A stretch of 64,000 nucleotides of DNA from Setoptus koraiensis (Eukaryota; Animalia; Arthropoda): assembly GCA_048013815.1 (NCBI GenBank), contig CM106586.1, forward strand, positions 7,440,001 through 7,504,000. Direction: 5' to 3'. The notes beneath the pieces were generated by a model, which saw only the letters and a program-made list of their open reading frames with translations, ran no database searches and was not told where the DNA came from. Below are positions 1 through 14,100 of the stretch, in pieces (the stretch's first letter is position 1; the number at the start of each line of letters is the position of its first letter). A program made the position numbers and the translations under genes.

Positions 1-693
1 ATAGTCGCTCCTCCATTGAGCCTTCAAATAGACTGAATTGACTATGATGCTCGCTAATTCTTGCAAGTCATCTGGTAGAGAAAACTTATTCAAGATGGTA
101 TTAATTTTGCCCTTGGTCTTATTGCCGACCCATTCGTTGACAGAGTCAACAATCTGGTCCTTCTTGTCGACATTAATTAAAATGGGCTCTTTAGATTTCT
201 CTAATAGAGCACCTTTGGCCAATTTTGTTGGTGAAGACGTTTGATTGAATTTCGCTAGAGTAATCTCATAATATTTGTCTAGAGCTTGCTTGAAATTTCC
301 TTTCAGATCACCAAAAACTTGACCATTGCTCAAAAATAGATTTGCCGTATTGAAATCAAACGTGCTTTGGTCACCAACTTTCTCTAGATCGTCATGCTGG
401 TCATCGTTTGCGATTGACGAATTTTGCACGCTCAGGAGATATTGATAGATTCGATGTAATCCTTCATGAGGATCATCTTGTGATTGTAGATTGAATTTCT
501 TGTGATCAAATAATGTGGATATTTCATCGGCACTGTTACTATTCTTTGCCGTGCCCAAATAGACAATATACAAGGCAGTGCATAATGATATCGGAGAGAG
601 GACGGCATTGTTGGGCTGGACATGATTCAAGAATTGTATACCAAAATGATTGATAGAGTGGCCGACTCGAGACTCAAGTTGCAACTCGTCCAT
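1..693 (-). CDS. Serpin (serine protease inhibitor family), 3'-partial; runs off the left edge of the window
   Basis: Hand translation of the - strand from ATG at 693 is open to position 1 (231 codons): MDELQLESRVGHSINHFGIQFLNHVQPNNAVLSPISLCTALYIVYLGTAK...DSVNEWVGNKTKGKINTILNK...SIIVNSVYLKAQWRSDY. This contains the serpin hallmarks N-x-V-x-SP-x-S, (I/V)N-x-WV-x-x-x-T-x-GKI and (L/I)VN-x-(I/V)Y(F/L)K-x-x-W. It is missing from the ORF track because no stop lies inside the window. Confidence 0.9.
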   Translation of the reverse strand, partial: MDELQLESRVGHSINHFGIQFLNHVQPNNAVLSPISLCTALYIVYLGTAKNSNSADEISTLFDHKKFNLQSQDDPHEGLHRIYQYLLSVQNSSIANDDQHDDLEKVGDQSTFDFNTANLFLSNGQVFGDLKGNFKQALDKYYEITLAKFNQTSSPTKLAKGALLEKSKEPILINVDKKDQIVDSVNEWVGNKTKGKINTILNKFSLPDDLQELASIIVNSVYLKAQWRSDY

Positions 694-2273
694 TATCTTG
701 CCTTTGAAACTGATTTGATTGACGCAAAGTATAAATCGCTAATAAACAAGGATTAGTGAGTGTGAATAGGACGTCTGTTTGTCGAATTGTTCCTACTAAT
801 ACAGAAGTCGAAATTGCAAATCAGAATTATTGATTGAAATGGAATATCTTCACACAAAATGTTTTTATAGCAATATTCTCCAATGTTTACTGCAAGTTTA
901 GTGTTACCCTGGAGCTCATGATAAGACTAGTGATCATGTAATGATTATTTGCTATCGCTACATTATCAATTTAATCGTTCTATCCTTGTGCTGGCAACTG
1001 ATAGGATACTCATGAGTCAGGCGAAAGTTTCGAAAGGATTTCACGCTTTGTTTGCACCAAGCTATCGTTTGGCAATGCGCCATATCCATAAAGTTGTAGG
1101 TACTCTCTCGTTGTCTCCTCATCTCATATTGATTTGATACAGCTTGTTTAGTTACGTTATTCGTGATGAATAAACAAATATTCAACATCTATAGTGTCAG
1201 TTTGTTAGTGATATTAGATAAACTACTTCATGTCTCACGCTTGTTATCAAATATTTAAACGCACTGCGGTGTATTCGAAATGATTCAAGAAGACTGCGAA
1301 AACTGGACACGTTTCGTCGTACTAATTGCATGCAAAAGGCGCATGTTTTCATACAAAACCTAGTGACGTGAATTGTCGAAAGTAAGCGGACTCTGAGAGA
1401 AATCGAAACGTAATCGAAAAGTGGTTATTCTTGCATCCTCTCCTCTCAGCGCTCGCTTCCTATTTCGATGGGGTGTTCAATGTAATTGGAATGAATTGTG
1501 CTCTCGAGTTAAATCAACAACAATGTTCGTAGGATGTTATGTTTGACTAATATTCGAGATTTTAATTAATTGAGCCCAACATTTTCAATCACGCGAACGC
1601 CGAATCACATAAGCATTACGTAAAAGCTTTGTTTCGATGAAATTTCGAAACAACAAACAAAAGTGTTCCTACAAGGGCATGGTTACTAGTTACACCGTGA
1701 CATTCAAACATACACCCACCTTTTTTCAGATAAAGAGTTCTAGTTGACACTACTACTATCACTAATAATGTACCAATGCAAAAGCGCAGTCGTGTCGCCT
1801 AACCATCTTATCTGTCATCAAACTACGCAAATAAAGAATTAAAACAAATAAGCTGCAATGATTCTAGTTTTATCGACATTAGAGATATTTTATTACACAT
1901 TATACATCATGTATTCATCGATACATTTTTATGTGAAACTACTAGGGACTTTCATAAGCCTACAAACGAACTTCGCTTTTCGGAGCGCGGCCTTAATCAG
2001 TCGGTTGTTTGTTTGTAACCACGAGCTCACACTGGTGATCGTGACTTGATTACTGACAAGGTAACTATCACCACTATCACACCCATGTTTGGGTCTACGG
2101 TACCGAAACATGTTCAGATCTCCCCTCTGGACAGGGAACGGTATGCTATCTACCAGTTTTTTGCCCGTTCTGGGTTCTGTTCCTAGTTTTTCCGGCGTTC
2201 GCTCTAATCATGGAATTCATCCACCTGTAACATTGTTTTATGTGATACTTTATTCCATAAGATTTTAGGCATT

Positions 2274-3866
2274 TCAGTTAGCTCTGGTTCTTCGGTGAAC
2301 ATCTTCTTCACTCCCATTCTTTCCAAAATTTCGTCTTCTCTTCTCTTTCCAATCTTCGTACCGTTGATGGGCTATTTGAAATTGTATTAAAATGTGATTA
2401 AGTAGATTATCTTGATCGCGAGACAGACGTTGCTTGAAGGGTTGTAGTTTAGATTTTTCAAATTTTGTCAGCGTCTCATCCATCTTCTCTAATTTTTTCT
2501 CTAGATTTTGACCAACGACAGGAAAACATAACCAGAAGTGCCTGAGTAACTCATTGCTGGCAGAATAAATGCTTTTGAGTGCCTGTTGTACCTCTTCGGC
2601 AACAGTATCTGTCAACCCATGCACATTTATTGTTCGCATCAGTAGTCCGTTTGGCGAGAGCTCACCCAGAGCTTTGACGGCCTCCTCAGATGAGATACAT
2701 TCGGACAGTTTCGGAGACCAATTATTAATTTGTTCTAAATGTCTGTGGAAGACAGAGACCGATATGCTGGACTCGTCGGATAAAGCAGGAGCTATCGAGT
2801 ATCTGTCCTTGCATGCCAGACTCAAATTACTATTCTGACCATGTGCAATGGTACCATGATCTTCCTCTAGATCTTCATAATTCCAGTCTCGACGCATTGA
2901 TTTGAATGTCGCTTCAACTCGTTTTGTGGCAGCGCAAGTCTCCAGAAGTTTAATTGAATGCTGGTTGAAGCGTTTCAGGAAGGCCTGGTTGGCACTTTCT
3001 GCACTTTCTTGCATTTTGTATGGATTATCGTCGAAAGCACTCAAATCGAGATATGGGTCATTTATTCCTGCCTTGACAGCTTTGGACCAATCTTCTTCGT
3101 CCATTTTAGAACAATCACTAAACATATCTTTGGTAGTTCCAAGCCTATCTCGATGGAAGTATTGCGATTGAAAGAATTTACTCCAGAATTCACTCTCGGT
3201 CATTTTTGTGGGTACGCATTCTCTATGTTTTTTAGCCACATTCGGATAGGTTCTGAATATCGCTTGCAAAGTTTCAATATTTACATTGTATCGCAAAGAT
3301 CCATCTAAGGAGCTTTGAGGCTTTATGTCGGCTAAAAATCCTGGCGATACACCAATTTGTTGATTGCCATTTTCAAAGCCTGAGCCATTGGAAGGTAATG
3401 AATCTTGTTTATCTGGAGCAAATTGTTGCCAAAATTCATCTGCTGTTATGACTTTCATTTCCACAAGATCTTTGTACAATTGTAGTAGATGGGGATTCTC
3501 ACTAAGAATTTTCGTCTTCCTTTCTCTATCCTTGGGGATCTTTCCTTTGAATTGTGGCAATAATGTTAGCAAGGCATCTTTGACATTTCGTCTATCTTCT
3601 AGTTGAGATTCAGTACTTTCAGAATTCACAAATTGAAATGTTGTGGCATCGCCAGAGTGCAAAACTATTTGAAGTTGTATCTTGGGTTTGCCTTCAGGTG
3701 AAATTTTTTGCATCTTAATGTCAGAGTATTTGTGAGATATAGTGAACTGGTCACGACCATTTGGCATCCAAGCCAATCTTTCTCCCATTAGGTAAAGGGC
3801 GCCATCACTTTTTTTGTGCCTGACGTTGCCCACCATGAGTCGGACGTCCTCAGATTTCTCCGACAT
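2274..3866 (-). CDS. GTF2H1: General transcription factor IIH subunit 1 (p62/Tfb1), 530 aa, intronless
   Basis: N-terminal PH-like domain (VRHKKSDGALYLMGERLAW...KIQKISPEGKPKIQLQIVLH) and two BSD-type repeats (LLQLYKDLV...ITADEFW; IFRTYPNVAKKH...VPTKMTESEFWSKFFQS). The C-terminal LLRHFWLCFP...KLEKMDETL is also typical of p62. Confidence 0.95.
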   Translation of the reverse strand: MSEKSEDVRLMVGNVRHKKSDGALYLMGERLAWMPNGRDQFTISHKYSDIKMQKISPEGKPKIQLQIVLHSGDATTFQFVNSESTESQLEDRRNVKDALLTLLPQFKGKIPKDRERKTKILSENPHLLQLYKDLVEMKVITADEFWQQFAPDKQDSLPSNGSGFENGNQQIGVSPGFLADIKPQSSLDGSLRYNVNIETLQAIFRTYPNVAKKHRECVPTKMTESEFWSKFFQSQYFHRDRLGTTKDMFSDCSKMDEEDWSKAVKAGINDPYLDLSAFDDNPYKMQESAESANQAFLKRFNQHSIKLLETCAATKRVEATFKSMRRDWNYEDLEEDHGTIAHGQNSNLSLACKDRYSIAPALSDESSISVSVFHRHLEQINNWSPKLSECISSEEAVKALGELSPNGLLMRTINVHGLTDTVAEEVQQALKSIYSASNELLRHFWLCFPVVGQNLEKKLEKMDETLTKFEKSKLQPFKQRLSRDQDNLLNHILIQFQIAHQRYEDWKEKRRRNFGKNGSEEDVHRRTRAN

Positions 3867-4299
3867 GGTAGACTTTAGTGAAATAAATATTGTTTATTGA
3901 GCTTTTGGCGATTAAAGAAATGGCTTAAGATGAAGAAATAAAAAATAAACAAAAGTGAAAATCTGTCCACAATAATGAGAATATGATGAGAATCAGCAAA
4001 TACACATGTGGAAAAACTAAGAAATGGTTCGCGCAGGGGGTATAATCCATAGAATTGCGCAAACTCTCATGTGTTCGTATCCCCATTCATCCTTGGATAT
4101 TATTATGCTATTCACAGTATTGATAGTGCATTTTTCAAATTCTCGCGGTATGCGTATGTAGAACGCCGGCCTCAAACGTCAGATACTTTGATAGAATAAT
4201 AGAAAATATAACCGCATTCCACAGTCAGCTGACCCCCAGCAATACCTAAAATTCCCATCTACCGTGATAGGTTGGTTCCCTTTGAGTTGCATTGAGACC

Positions 4300-5460
4300 A
4301 ACGCCAGAATCAAAGATATTGTATTGCAGTCCTTGCTATCTAGAGAACCAGAGAAGATCAAATCTTCAATGAGGGCGGAATAAACAACAGGAAAAATCAC
4401 AAGGTCATGTTACCATATTGTGATTTACAACGGTCTCTAGCCACGAGATTGAAATCGGACTTCCAGCACACTTCTGAGGCCATGCCGAAAAACTCTCCCT
4501 AATATTCGAAAATTTCTCCGTTTTCCTTTCAAGAAGATCCCTTAGATTTTCTTTCAATTTTTCATCATCAGTATATATTGCTAATTTTTGACTAGAGACC
4601 CAGTATATTGCCGTTTTGTGGCGATTTGATGGGTTGGGGCCCCAACAAAGCGAATATACACCTGAAGACTCGGGTTTATCATTCGTATCATCCTTCTGAT
4701 CTCAATCAGACAACTGAGCATCATCAAAATCGATGGAATCACGGCAATATTCGATCGCTTTCTTTCTCTTGTGAGGAACAGATCGTAACACTCAACCAAT
4801 ACTGAATATATCTAATCTAAGAACGGGCCCATCGCGAGTTCCTACCATTGAGAGGCCTCTTGGAAGGATGGTGTCTTGTCTGAGAATAACAGTTCCCTCG
4901 GTCATATTTGAAACTGCTAGAAATGGTAATTGATAACCATTCAAAGTGTAAAAGCTAGATGCGAACAAACTGACTCGAGCGAAAGCTCTCAGGTTGGGAT
5001 CAAGATCCGCAAAGCAATATTCATTGTTCAAGTCTCACAGTAGGACTAGCCCACTGCGTGAAATTGATGCCAATATGCCTGAGGGATATTCATGCTTTTC
5101 TGTTTCAGGTGACCACAAACAGAGGCTACAGATGGGTTTCATATGTTATTTCAAGACAATGATATCAGCAGATCCAGATTCCAGATTAAGTTTTATAACG
5201 TTTATCAGTACATCGTCGAATCAAACTGCTATAAGAGCCATGATAGAGCCTCTCAGATGCAATGTTCACCATACAAACAATATCAGCGCTGCTGACTGAT
5301 GTATTGAGCTTGACAAATTCTATAAGATTCTTGTCAGGATCCGAACTTGGATCAATGATGTCTTTAAGGAATCTTTAACACGAAACTGAAGCTCGTCCCC
5401 TCCCCCGGCATCGACGCTGAACGAGATGCATTGTCCAAGTATGGCCAACAAATGATGCTT
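4300..5460 (-). pseudogene. Disabled Gemin5/rigor mortis-like WD40 gene with multiple stops and frameshifts
   Basis: One - strand frame reads ALIAV*FDDVLINVIKL...IVLK*HMKPICSLCLWSP...ILASISRSGLVLL*DL...SSGVYSLCWGPNP. A frameshift near 4490 gives ASEVCWKSDFNLVA and another gives VVYSALIEDLIFSGSLD. These align by eye, in order, to remembered Gemin5 segments DLVAIGYKDGIVVIID, LRGHDDEIHSIAWCP, LATGSKDQTIRIW, TVYTLAWGPP, HTEISWKADG and VAWSPLDPDCIYSGADD. In-frame stops include 5223-5221, 5148-5146, 5037-5035, 4794-4792 and 4704-4702. Confidence 0.62.
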
Positions 5461-6972
5461 ATGTGAGTACAAAATTTAGGTTTTTTCGCTGACGTTTGTT
5501 CATTGTTGTCGCTACACTAATGACATTTGAGTCTGAAATTGTCATAGAGGGAAATAGTAATTAGGGTGAGTGTATGAGAACAGAGGGGCCAGTTGTTGCA
5601 TAATTTAAATTTTTCGCTCGTTGTGCTCAACTTATCTTATTAACAACAAATGAATCTATACAGAATAAGTGTATAGAAGAGTACTCGACACACACTTAGA
5701 CAAAAAGACAATTCAGTCGTGACAACGTTGAATATTAACTCATTAATAGCTTTGCATTTGCGAGTGATTTACTAGTGTTTTGTATTGTTTCGACAATTGC
5801 TGACTACTAAAATGACAGCCAATTGTGGGTAACTTTACAGTAACACTTTGACAATAGTAGTAGTTATCTGACTAATGTATTATTAGTCGCTGAGAATTGG
5901 ATGAATTGCTACGCCATAAAATGTGAGAATGTGTCGGAAATAGAGAAACTACACTGTGACATACTTGACATGTGACGTCGGTCCTAAGGATATTATCAAA
6001 GTAATTGATCGCCACTACCTCTCGAGTATTTGCTGCACAGGATGATGGTGCACACATAGGAAGAGACATTGAGATGACATTCGTCATACTAAGTCAGTTG
6101 AGACTGTGACATGTTATTAACTTTTTGACAGCTTCTTTGTGACTTTTAACAAAATGACTTTAACGACTGGCAAACAAAAGCAGAGCAAAAGACAATAGAC
6201 GATATCGCCTCATTATCTTAAGCAATTTAAATAATTGTGTCTCTTTTCTTGACAATACAACATATTTCTCAAGATGTGTGCTCTCATTGATATCATTTCA
6301 CTTATTATTGCTACTTGAATGGCGATGCCGTTTGCATTATTAAACTTAAACTTATCGTTGTTAGTCTTATTGAGCATGCGTGCGATGCCATCTCATTAGT
6401 CATGGCGATAAAGAAGCTGCTGTAACTTTGCTTGTTATACTTATGTTATAATACTTGTGCCACAAGTATTATAAAATAGCCGCGAGATAATAATGATAAT
6501 AATATTTGATAATAGCCGTGAATAGTCACACAGTACACACACAAACAAGCTGTCAAACGGCGGCCAGACACAATCGGCTCGATTAGCTAATTCATCATCA
6601 TTGATGTTGTATTGAATGCGGCCACTTGCGCTGGTTCCTTTGTGGCTCAATTGTGGCGGCGCCTTTTATACAACACCACTAAACGGATACGTCGGCTACC
6701 TTATGCCACTTGTTGCCACTTGTTGTTGTTAAATGGCAGCGGCCAATTGAATCACAACGGCCAATAATAAATATAATAATAATAATAATAATGATAATAA
6801 TGATAAATAATGAGCCAACAACTCAATCATCGTTGAATCATTACGTCAGTGCGTTGCGCCAACCAACCAATCAGCTGACCATAATTACCAAATGGTCGCC
6901 AGTGAGTGTCGGCGCGCTCTCAACTTGATAGTCCCAACAATGAATTTGTGCGCATGCGCTCTCCCATCAGCC

Positions 6973-7002
6973 TATAATAAGTGAGCCGCTTGTGTGCGGC
7001 AC
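6973..7002 (+). promoter_or_regulatory. TATA-like TATAATA followed by the 19-bp motif AGTGAGCCGCTTGTGTGCG, upstream of Msx
   Basis: Lies 70-100 bp upstream of the Msx ATG. The 19-mer at 6980-6998 recurs exactly at 22903-22921 upstream of Smaug. Confidence 0.5.
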
Positions 7003-7069
7003 TCGATCGTTTTGTTCGCTCATTATCATTTTGTGTCCGCACTAGATGCCACCGAAACAAGTAATCTGA

Positions 7070-8161
<1,092 letters not shown>

Positions 8162-11100
8162 TTCGTGACTACTCACCTCCATCCGTCTCCCTCTAAAGAG
8201 CACACACACATTGTATAAGAGCGTTAAAATATATATATACACACACACACTCAGCCTAATTAATAAGATTTCATCTTGAATTTAGCAAAAACTCAAAATT
8301 AGACAGAACAAAGTTATACTATCAAAATTAAAAAAATGAATTTTGCTTCAATTAACAGTTGCGTTGTTGTGGTTGTTGCTCTCTTGTCTCCTCTGCTCTA
8401 TTTAAATCCAATTACAGTTCTTATTATTCTTACTTTGTATGCGTGTGCCCTTGTGCGAGAGTTAATCAATTTATCCATTCAATGCGCATTCAACTACTCA
8501 CGGCTTACGGCTCAGCTGAACATTTGCGCTAATTCGATACAAATTCTCAACATTGGCCAGCGTCGTGCTAAGTGTGTCTCTCCCTATTTTTCTCTCTTTC
8601 TCTCTCATTCAATTAGCTTAAAATGAATCAGTTAATTATATCATTAGCGGTAATGGTGTTAGCCAGAGTGAGACTTCACACAGAGATGAATGCTGCCAAA
8701 GGTTGGCTTTTTTGTTTTGTTCTTACCAGACAGGTTGCAGCATTCATAATTCAGTCAAAATGCCTCTGTCGTCTGCTTATTGCCACTTCAATTAGGTCCG
8801 TGCGCTTGGTCATTGCCTCAACTAGCATTATACAAGCTTTAGATTTAATTTGTTATTGTTCATCTATCTATAGTTGGTTGCACAATCAAACACTTCACAG
8901 ACATATAACAATATCCAGAGGACACACAAACATATCTATATATACAGACGAGCACTTGTAGACATCGGTGTTGTGGTATGCGTACTACGACCATTTGCGT
9001 GTTAATTTGTTGGCTTGTTCGCTCAGTTGTTGGCTTCTCGACTGAGTAGTCATGATCATTTCTTTAATGAGGAATCATCTTTCCCATATTATTATTACGC
9101 ACAACGCAGAGACAGCAACAGCAACAACGACCACAACACCGACGATGATGGTTCCTTCAAAACTCTCAAATTGGTGTAGAAAAACACATCACATCACTAT
9201 GCTACACTATACAACCAATTGGCAATGATTGTGTAGTGAGCCAACACAATGTTACTACATTTTATTAGCTTTAACTTGTTGCGTGCAGTTAGTCATTTCT
9301 CAGCGACAGCAGCAAAAATTAAAATCACTTCAATTCTATTCAAATTAATATCCGAGAATAAGAAGAATTTCGTCCTAACTTGGCGCTCGTTCTCTTTTGC
9401 TGCGGCGGCGGCCGTAGTAGCTCGTCTAAATTAGTTAATATTAGCGCTGCTCGGATTGCATGAAATGAGGTGAAAAGATTTATGCCCAGCGAGCGGACTT
9501 TTGCTCATTGCGCCGGCAGTTGTGTGCATACGTGTTTGCCTGGTCCGGCTTGTTGTGCAAGGCTGTACAAGCCGACCCCAGAATCCTCATTCTCACTCTT
9601 TCTAATTGCCAATAATAACTGCACTTAAAGATCCTCATATTGAATTTCCCTCGCTTGCTCTCTCTCTCATCCTCTAGTTTGCTCCATGCCTCTTGGTCAT
9701 TGCTCTAATTCCATCAAATTCGCCAGAATATCTATGTATGAATATCCGTTTACTGGATTGTAAACTCGGTGGGCAGGCACGCGATCTATCACTAGATTTG
9801 CTACCACTTAAATTGGCGGCCACTATTGCCGGTAATTTGTTGCCAATGGTGATAGAGGTGGTAACAGTGGTATTGCTAGTAATGTAACAAAATTGCTCCA
9901 AGTATATCTGCAATTGATGGATGAGATAGTCTAGTTTGAGACTTACGTTGCCTGCGTGCGTTCAATATGCTAGAAAGACTCGATCAATTATCAAATATCA
10001 TCATCATCTCTTCATTATAATTGTAATGCGCGCGACAGGTGAGTAGCTTATAGTGATTATGTGTGCAACTTTGCGGTGGGTCACAATTTCCATCTATTGC
10101 CCATGTACCAACTTCACTCTATCAGACTTGTTTCGGATTGTGTGGTCCGAAACAAGCTGTTGAGCTGCCCTTCTTCAATCCCTACAATAGACATCTGACT
10201 CCAGTCCATAGGGACCAATCATGATCATTAATATTGATAATATCGTTGCAATATAAATATACAAATGCTCGCAGTATTATTGAAATCGACACATATACAA
10301 TATTGATGGTATTCAATGTAATGTAGCATCTCCACTCTATTTGTATTTAGACCGGGCATGTTGAGATGCCGCTAATGATGCTTTCGATCATTCCTTACAC
10401 TACATTAGTATTTAACTACACTACTAGTTGCCAGTGAATTACCAGTTGCGGTTGTGGTGTTTAGTTGAGAGATAGCAGAAGAAGATGGATCAAATCACAA
10501 CAGGTCACCACCACTATATTCTCTATATACTCTGTGTGTTGTTTCGAGGGCCAGACAGCCATCGATCTAGTCTAAGAAGAGAGATGCAGATAATCACATT
10601 TCAGTTTAGTATTTAGAAAATGACTTGCGACCAACAGTAACTAACTAAATGAGCATTTTAAACATATTTCTTCAGTTAATATTTCTAGTCCTTGTTGTCA
10701 TCATTATCATCATCATTTGCATATAAATTGCCTGAGTAATGATGGTGGCCAATTAATTTGACTGTTGAGTATTTATGCATACTGAAATAATGCGTCGCCT
10801 GACAAGGAAACGTGGTGATTATAATCTATTATCCTAGATGACACCAACGACGAATTGAGCCACAAGTCAAACCGAATGGTAGTACGGTAATGAATAATGA
10901 TTATTGCTTTCGAACAGGTCGATGAAGATTATTATCGAAGGTCGACCTCTTAAAACAAGGGCCATTCTTCGTTTCGTACGTGTGTGCCTTTGTTATTGTT
11001 GTTGATGCTCAAGAGTAAACGTGCTAGTGCTAGTTTCGGCTAAACAAATTAATCACTAATCGTTTGTTGTTTAAGATTTGACTATAATGTATAATTGTAT

Positions 11101-14100
11101 CAAATCATGATAATAATCACAATTTATCATCGACTTAAAAGCATAGAAATTGTTCCATCATTACCATACGCAACGGCACGGTTTCTTTTATAAAAGTTAA
11201 CTTAAAAGTGTTCATTGATGTTAATCCTCTCATGCTCTTATATCAACTAAAATCGGCTAAGAGCTCTCTTCAAACGTTTTTTTTCTTCTCCCTGCGTCAT
11301 AGTTGACTCTGTCTCAATATAGATTAAGTTAAAGCACTTGTCAATCATAATCTTGATTGATATTCTATTGATTATATTTTGATAGCCAGCTTCAGGGATG
11401 GGCTTAGAGAATTCGCCAAATGCGATCTTGTGTTTGATCTAAGCCTCAAATACTGCTCGTGTTGTTCTTAAATTCCCCAGGATTGCGCATATCATCATAT
11501 TGATGCGTCATGAGATAATATTATAATGATATTATAATGATGATATAATGAATTTTGATTGCGCCTATCAAACAGTCTAGTTCAATATAGATAAAATGAA
11601 AATTTATTGCTCTCTTATCATAGTAAGCGCCGCTATTTTCAGTAAGAGACGAAAGACGATCAGATAGGAGAAAGGTGACGAAGAAAACTTGTATAACATT
11701 CGCAAGCAGGAGTGAGGCTTGCATAAGAGACGTTAGTTATTCTTACACAATCGTCGCCGTTCTTCCTCAATATTTCTTCAGTAGCATCTTGGGCATGGCT
11801 CACTATATCTATGGTCGTTAGCAAAAATGCAATGTGACTGCGATAAATCTTTGCCTAGACAGGATGTTCATGACTGTAGAATGGTTGAGTTTTGGTTGAG
11901 GTGAAAGAGTTGTGGAAGAGATTCAATGATTGATTATGACGACTTGCTTGAGCACACACAATTAAACAAGCAACCACATTTCCTAATCTTTTATTTGTTT
12001 GTTTGTATTATTCATCAAAATTAATTACTGTGCGCGTATTCATCATTACGACATCATACGAAGCCAATTTGTTTTGTGCTGACTCAATTATATACTCCAT
12101 AAAAATGACACACAGTTTCCACTATTGAATCATACTTTTCAAATAATAATTTCTTGCTGCTGTGACATCTTTTCCCGAGATAAATATATATATATATATA
12201 TATATATAAAGAGAGGGAGAAATGCTGCCGTCTCGCAGTAGTTCGTTTGTGTGTCTGATTTGCAAACACACATCGGGAATCATTAGCTATGGTAGCTAAT
12301 TTAACGACATTTTTTTTCCAAGACGCAAATAATAGCAGGGCCGATCATTCCAAATGAAATATTTATCCTAGTTACCAATCTTGCATAATCATATTATTAA
12401 TAATAATTAGAATATATAATCGAGTATACATAATTAATTGAACGACTGATTCCGCAGAAATGGAATAGAATTGCTATTTTAATACGCCCCCCTTGGCAAA
12501 AGCAAGCTCCATCTGGCGGCTAGTGTGAATTGGAAATGCGCGTTTATAGGTGGCACCGTCTTTTGAGTAACACACTATACGTGCATAATGATCACATGGT
12601 TCCAACCGTTGAATTTCAACGAACTTTTTTGTGTCTACGCTCACTTGTGTAGGCTTGACTGTACTGTACTAGGCGAGTATACTATAATGCGTGTCACCTC
12701 GCCCGACTATTACCGGTTTTCAGCCGATTCTGTAATCTATACGTGAGCTCACCGCATGCAACAAATTGCACTAATTAAAACTATTGCCTAGCTAACCCAA
12801 TCATAAATTTATTCATTTAAACAAAAAAGGTATTCACTTCATTAATTAACAACAACTACTAAACTGAGGATAATGAGATGAGGATAATGAGATCCGGAGA
12901 TATCTGCAGGCGCAAGTAGAAAGAGAGAGACAGAGAGAGCGGCAGGCAAAAAGAGCATTAGAAATAGGAGCATTCATCTCTGGGCACAACCTTTCGTATG
13001 TGGATGTAACTTGAGAGTATGGTACTGCATAAATGTTGACTCGCTGGATACACACGCAACTCCAAACATACAAAGCCAACTTGTGGTCAAGGAATTTCGA
13101 GACGAATAAGTCCACCGCCAATCGTAAATGAGCGCACAATTATTGAATTACCATTGTCACTACCACAATTATTATGATGAAGGTTTCTTCTAATTCGCAG
13201 AGCCGATGAAAGATGAGAATATTGTTGATGATGATTCTCAGCTGTTTGTATGTGTGTAAATGTACATAAAAAAAAATAGTTGGACGGCCGTAAATGTTGT
13301 ACGGTGGTCAGTATTAGTGACGGTTGTACCAGTCATAGTAGCTAGTGGCGGCAGTGGTTGTGGTTTTGGTTTTGGTTGTGGTTAATCATGAATTCATCAA
13401 TCACTCCTTATCATAGAAATCAAAGCCAAAAAGTTATTTCAAGAATTGCCGCCACCAAACGTTCCTACCGATGTTGTTGGCACCACTAACAATATTTGTA
13501 CGCACGCATAAACTAAACTGGCCATAATTGGCCAATTGACATAGGTCAATATTGAGTCGCCAAGAAGTAGCCAACAGTGTGCATCATTTGTGGCACTGCT
13601 TCCAACTATTGCTGTTTGCTACTAATATGATAAGCATCGAAACTAGAAACTGGAAACACTATCTGCTAGGGTCCGCCGAATCCCTACATAGTTGATTGCA
13701 ATGGTTAGTACCTTAATAGTTTAGATTATCGCTAATTGTGATACAGTTTGTTCTAGCAACTGACCAACAGACTAACCAATCACTCTTCATCAGACAACAA
13801 GTCAAAGTGGTTATCTGTTGTGTGAGCCATCCACTAATGTGCTGTTGATATTGACCACTAATGCATCATGTACTCAGGACAATGCCGATAATTAATGCTA
13901 ATGATATGCAGTGCAAACTATACTCCTCGTATAAGTTTGTCATCACAGTTTGCACGCAGGTCACAACTATCGATACCATCTCGAAGCCATAGGAATGAGA
14001 TGTAGAAACAAACGAATACGTTAGATTCTACTCCAAAGTTATACAAGATACTAAAGTTATCAATTGATTTCAAACTTTTCAGAGTTCTCTTTTAGTAGTC

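Noticed and set aside
958-1188. Possible second serpin fragment (DEETTREYLQLYGY) or upstream serpin exon
   Set aside because: Only vague similarity, flanked by stops, with no other serpin motifs.
1929-2220. About 97-codon open - strand frame downstream of GTF2H1
   Set aside because: No upstream ATG or frame-compatible splice acceptor and no recognisable domain.
4700-5040. TGA read as Trp (or A-to-I editing) rescuing the WD40 gene, prompted by LVLL*DL, SIG*VL and LSD*DQ
   Set aside because: The same frame also has TAA and TAG stops and frameshifts, some stops align to Gly, TGG is used normally, and GTF2H1 ends at TGA. Ordinary pseudogenisation fits better.
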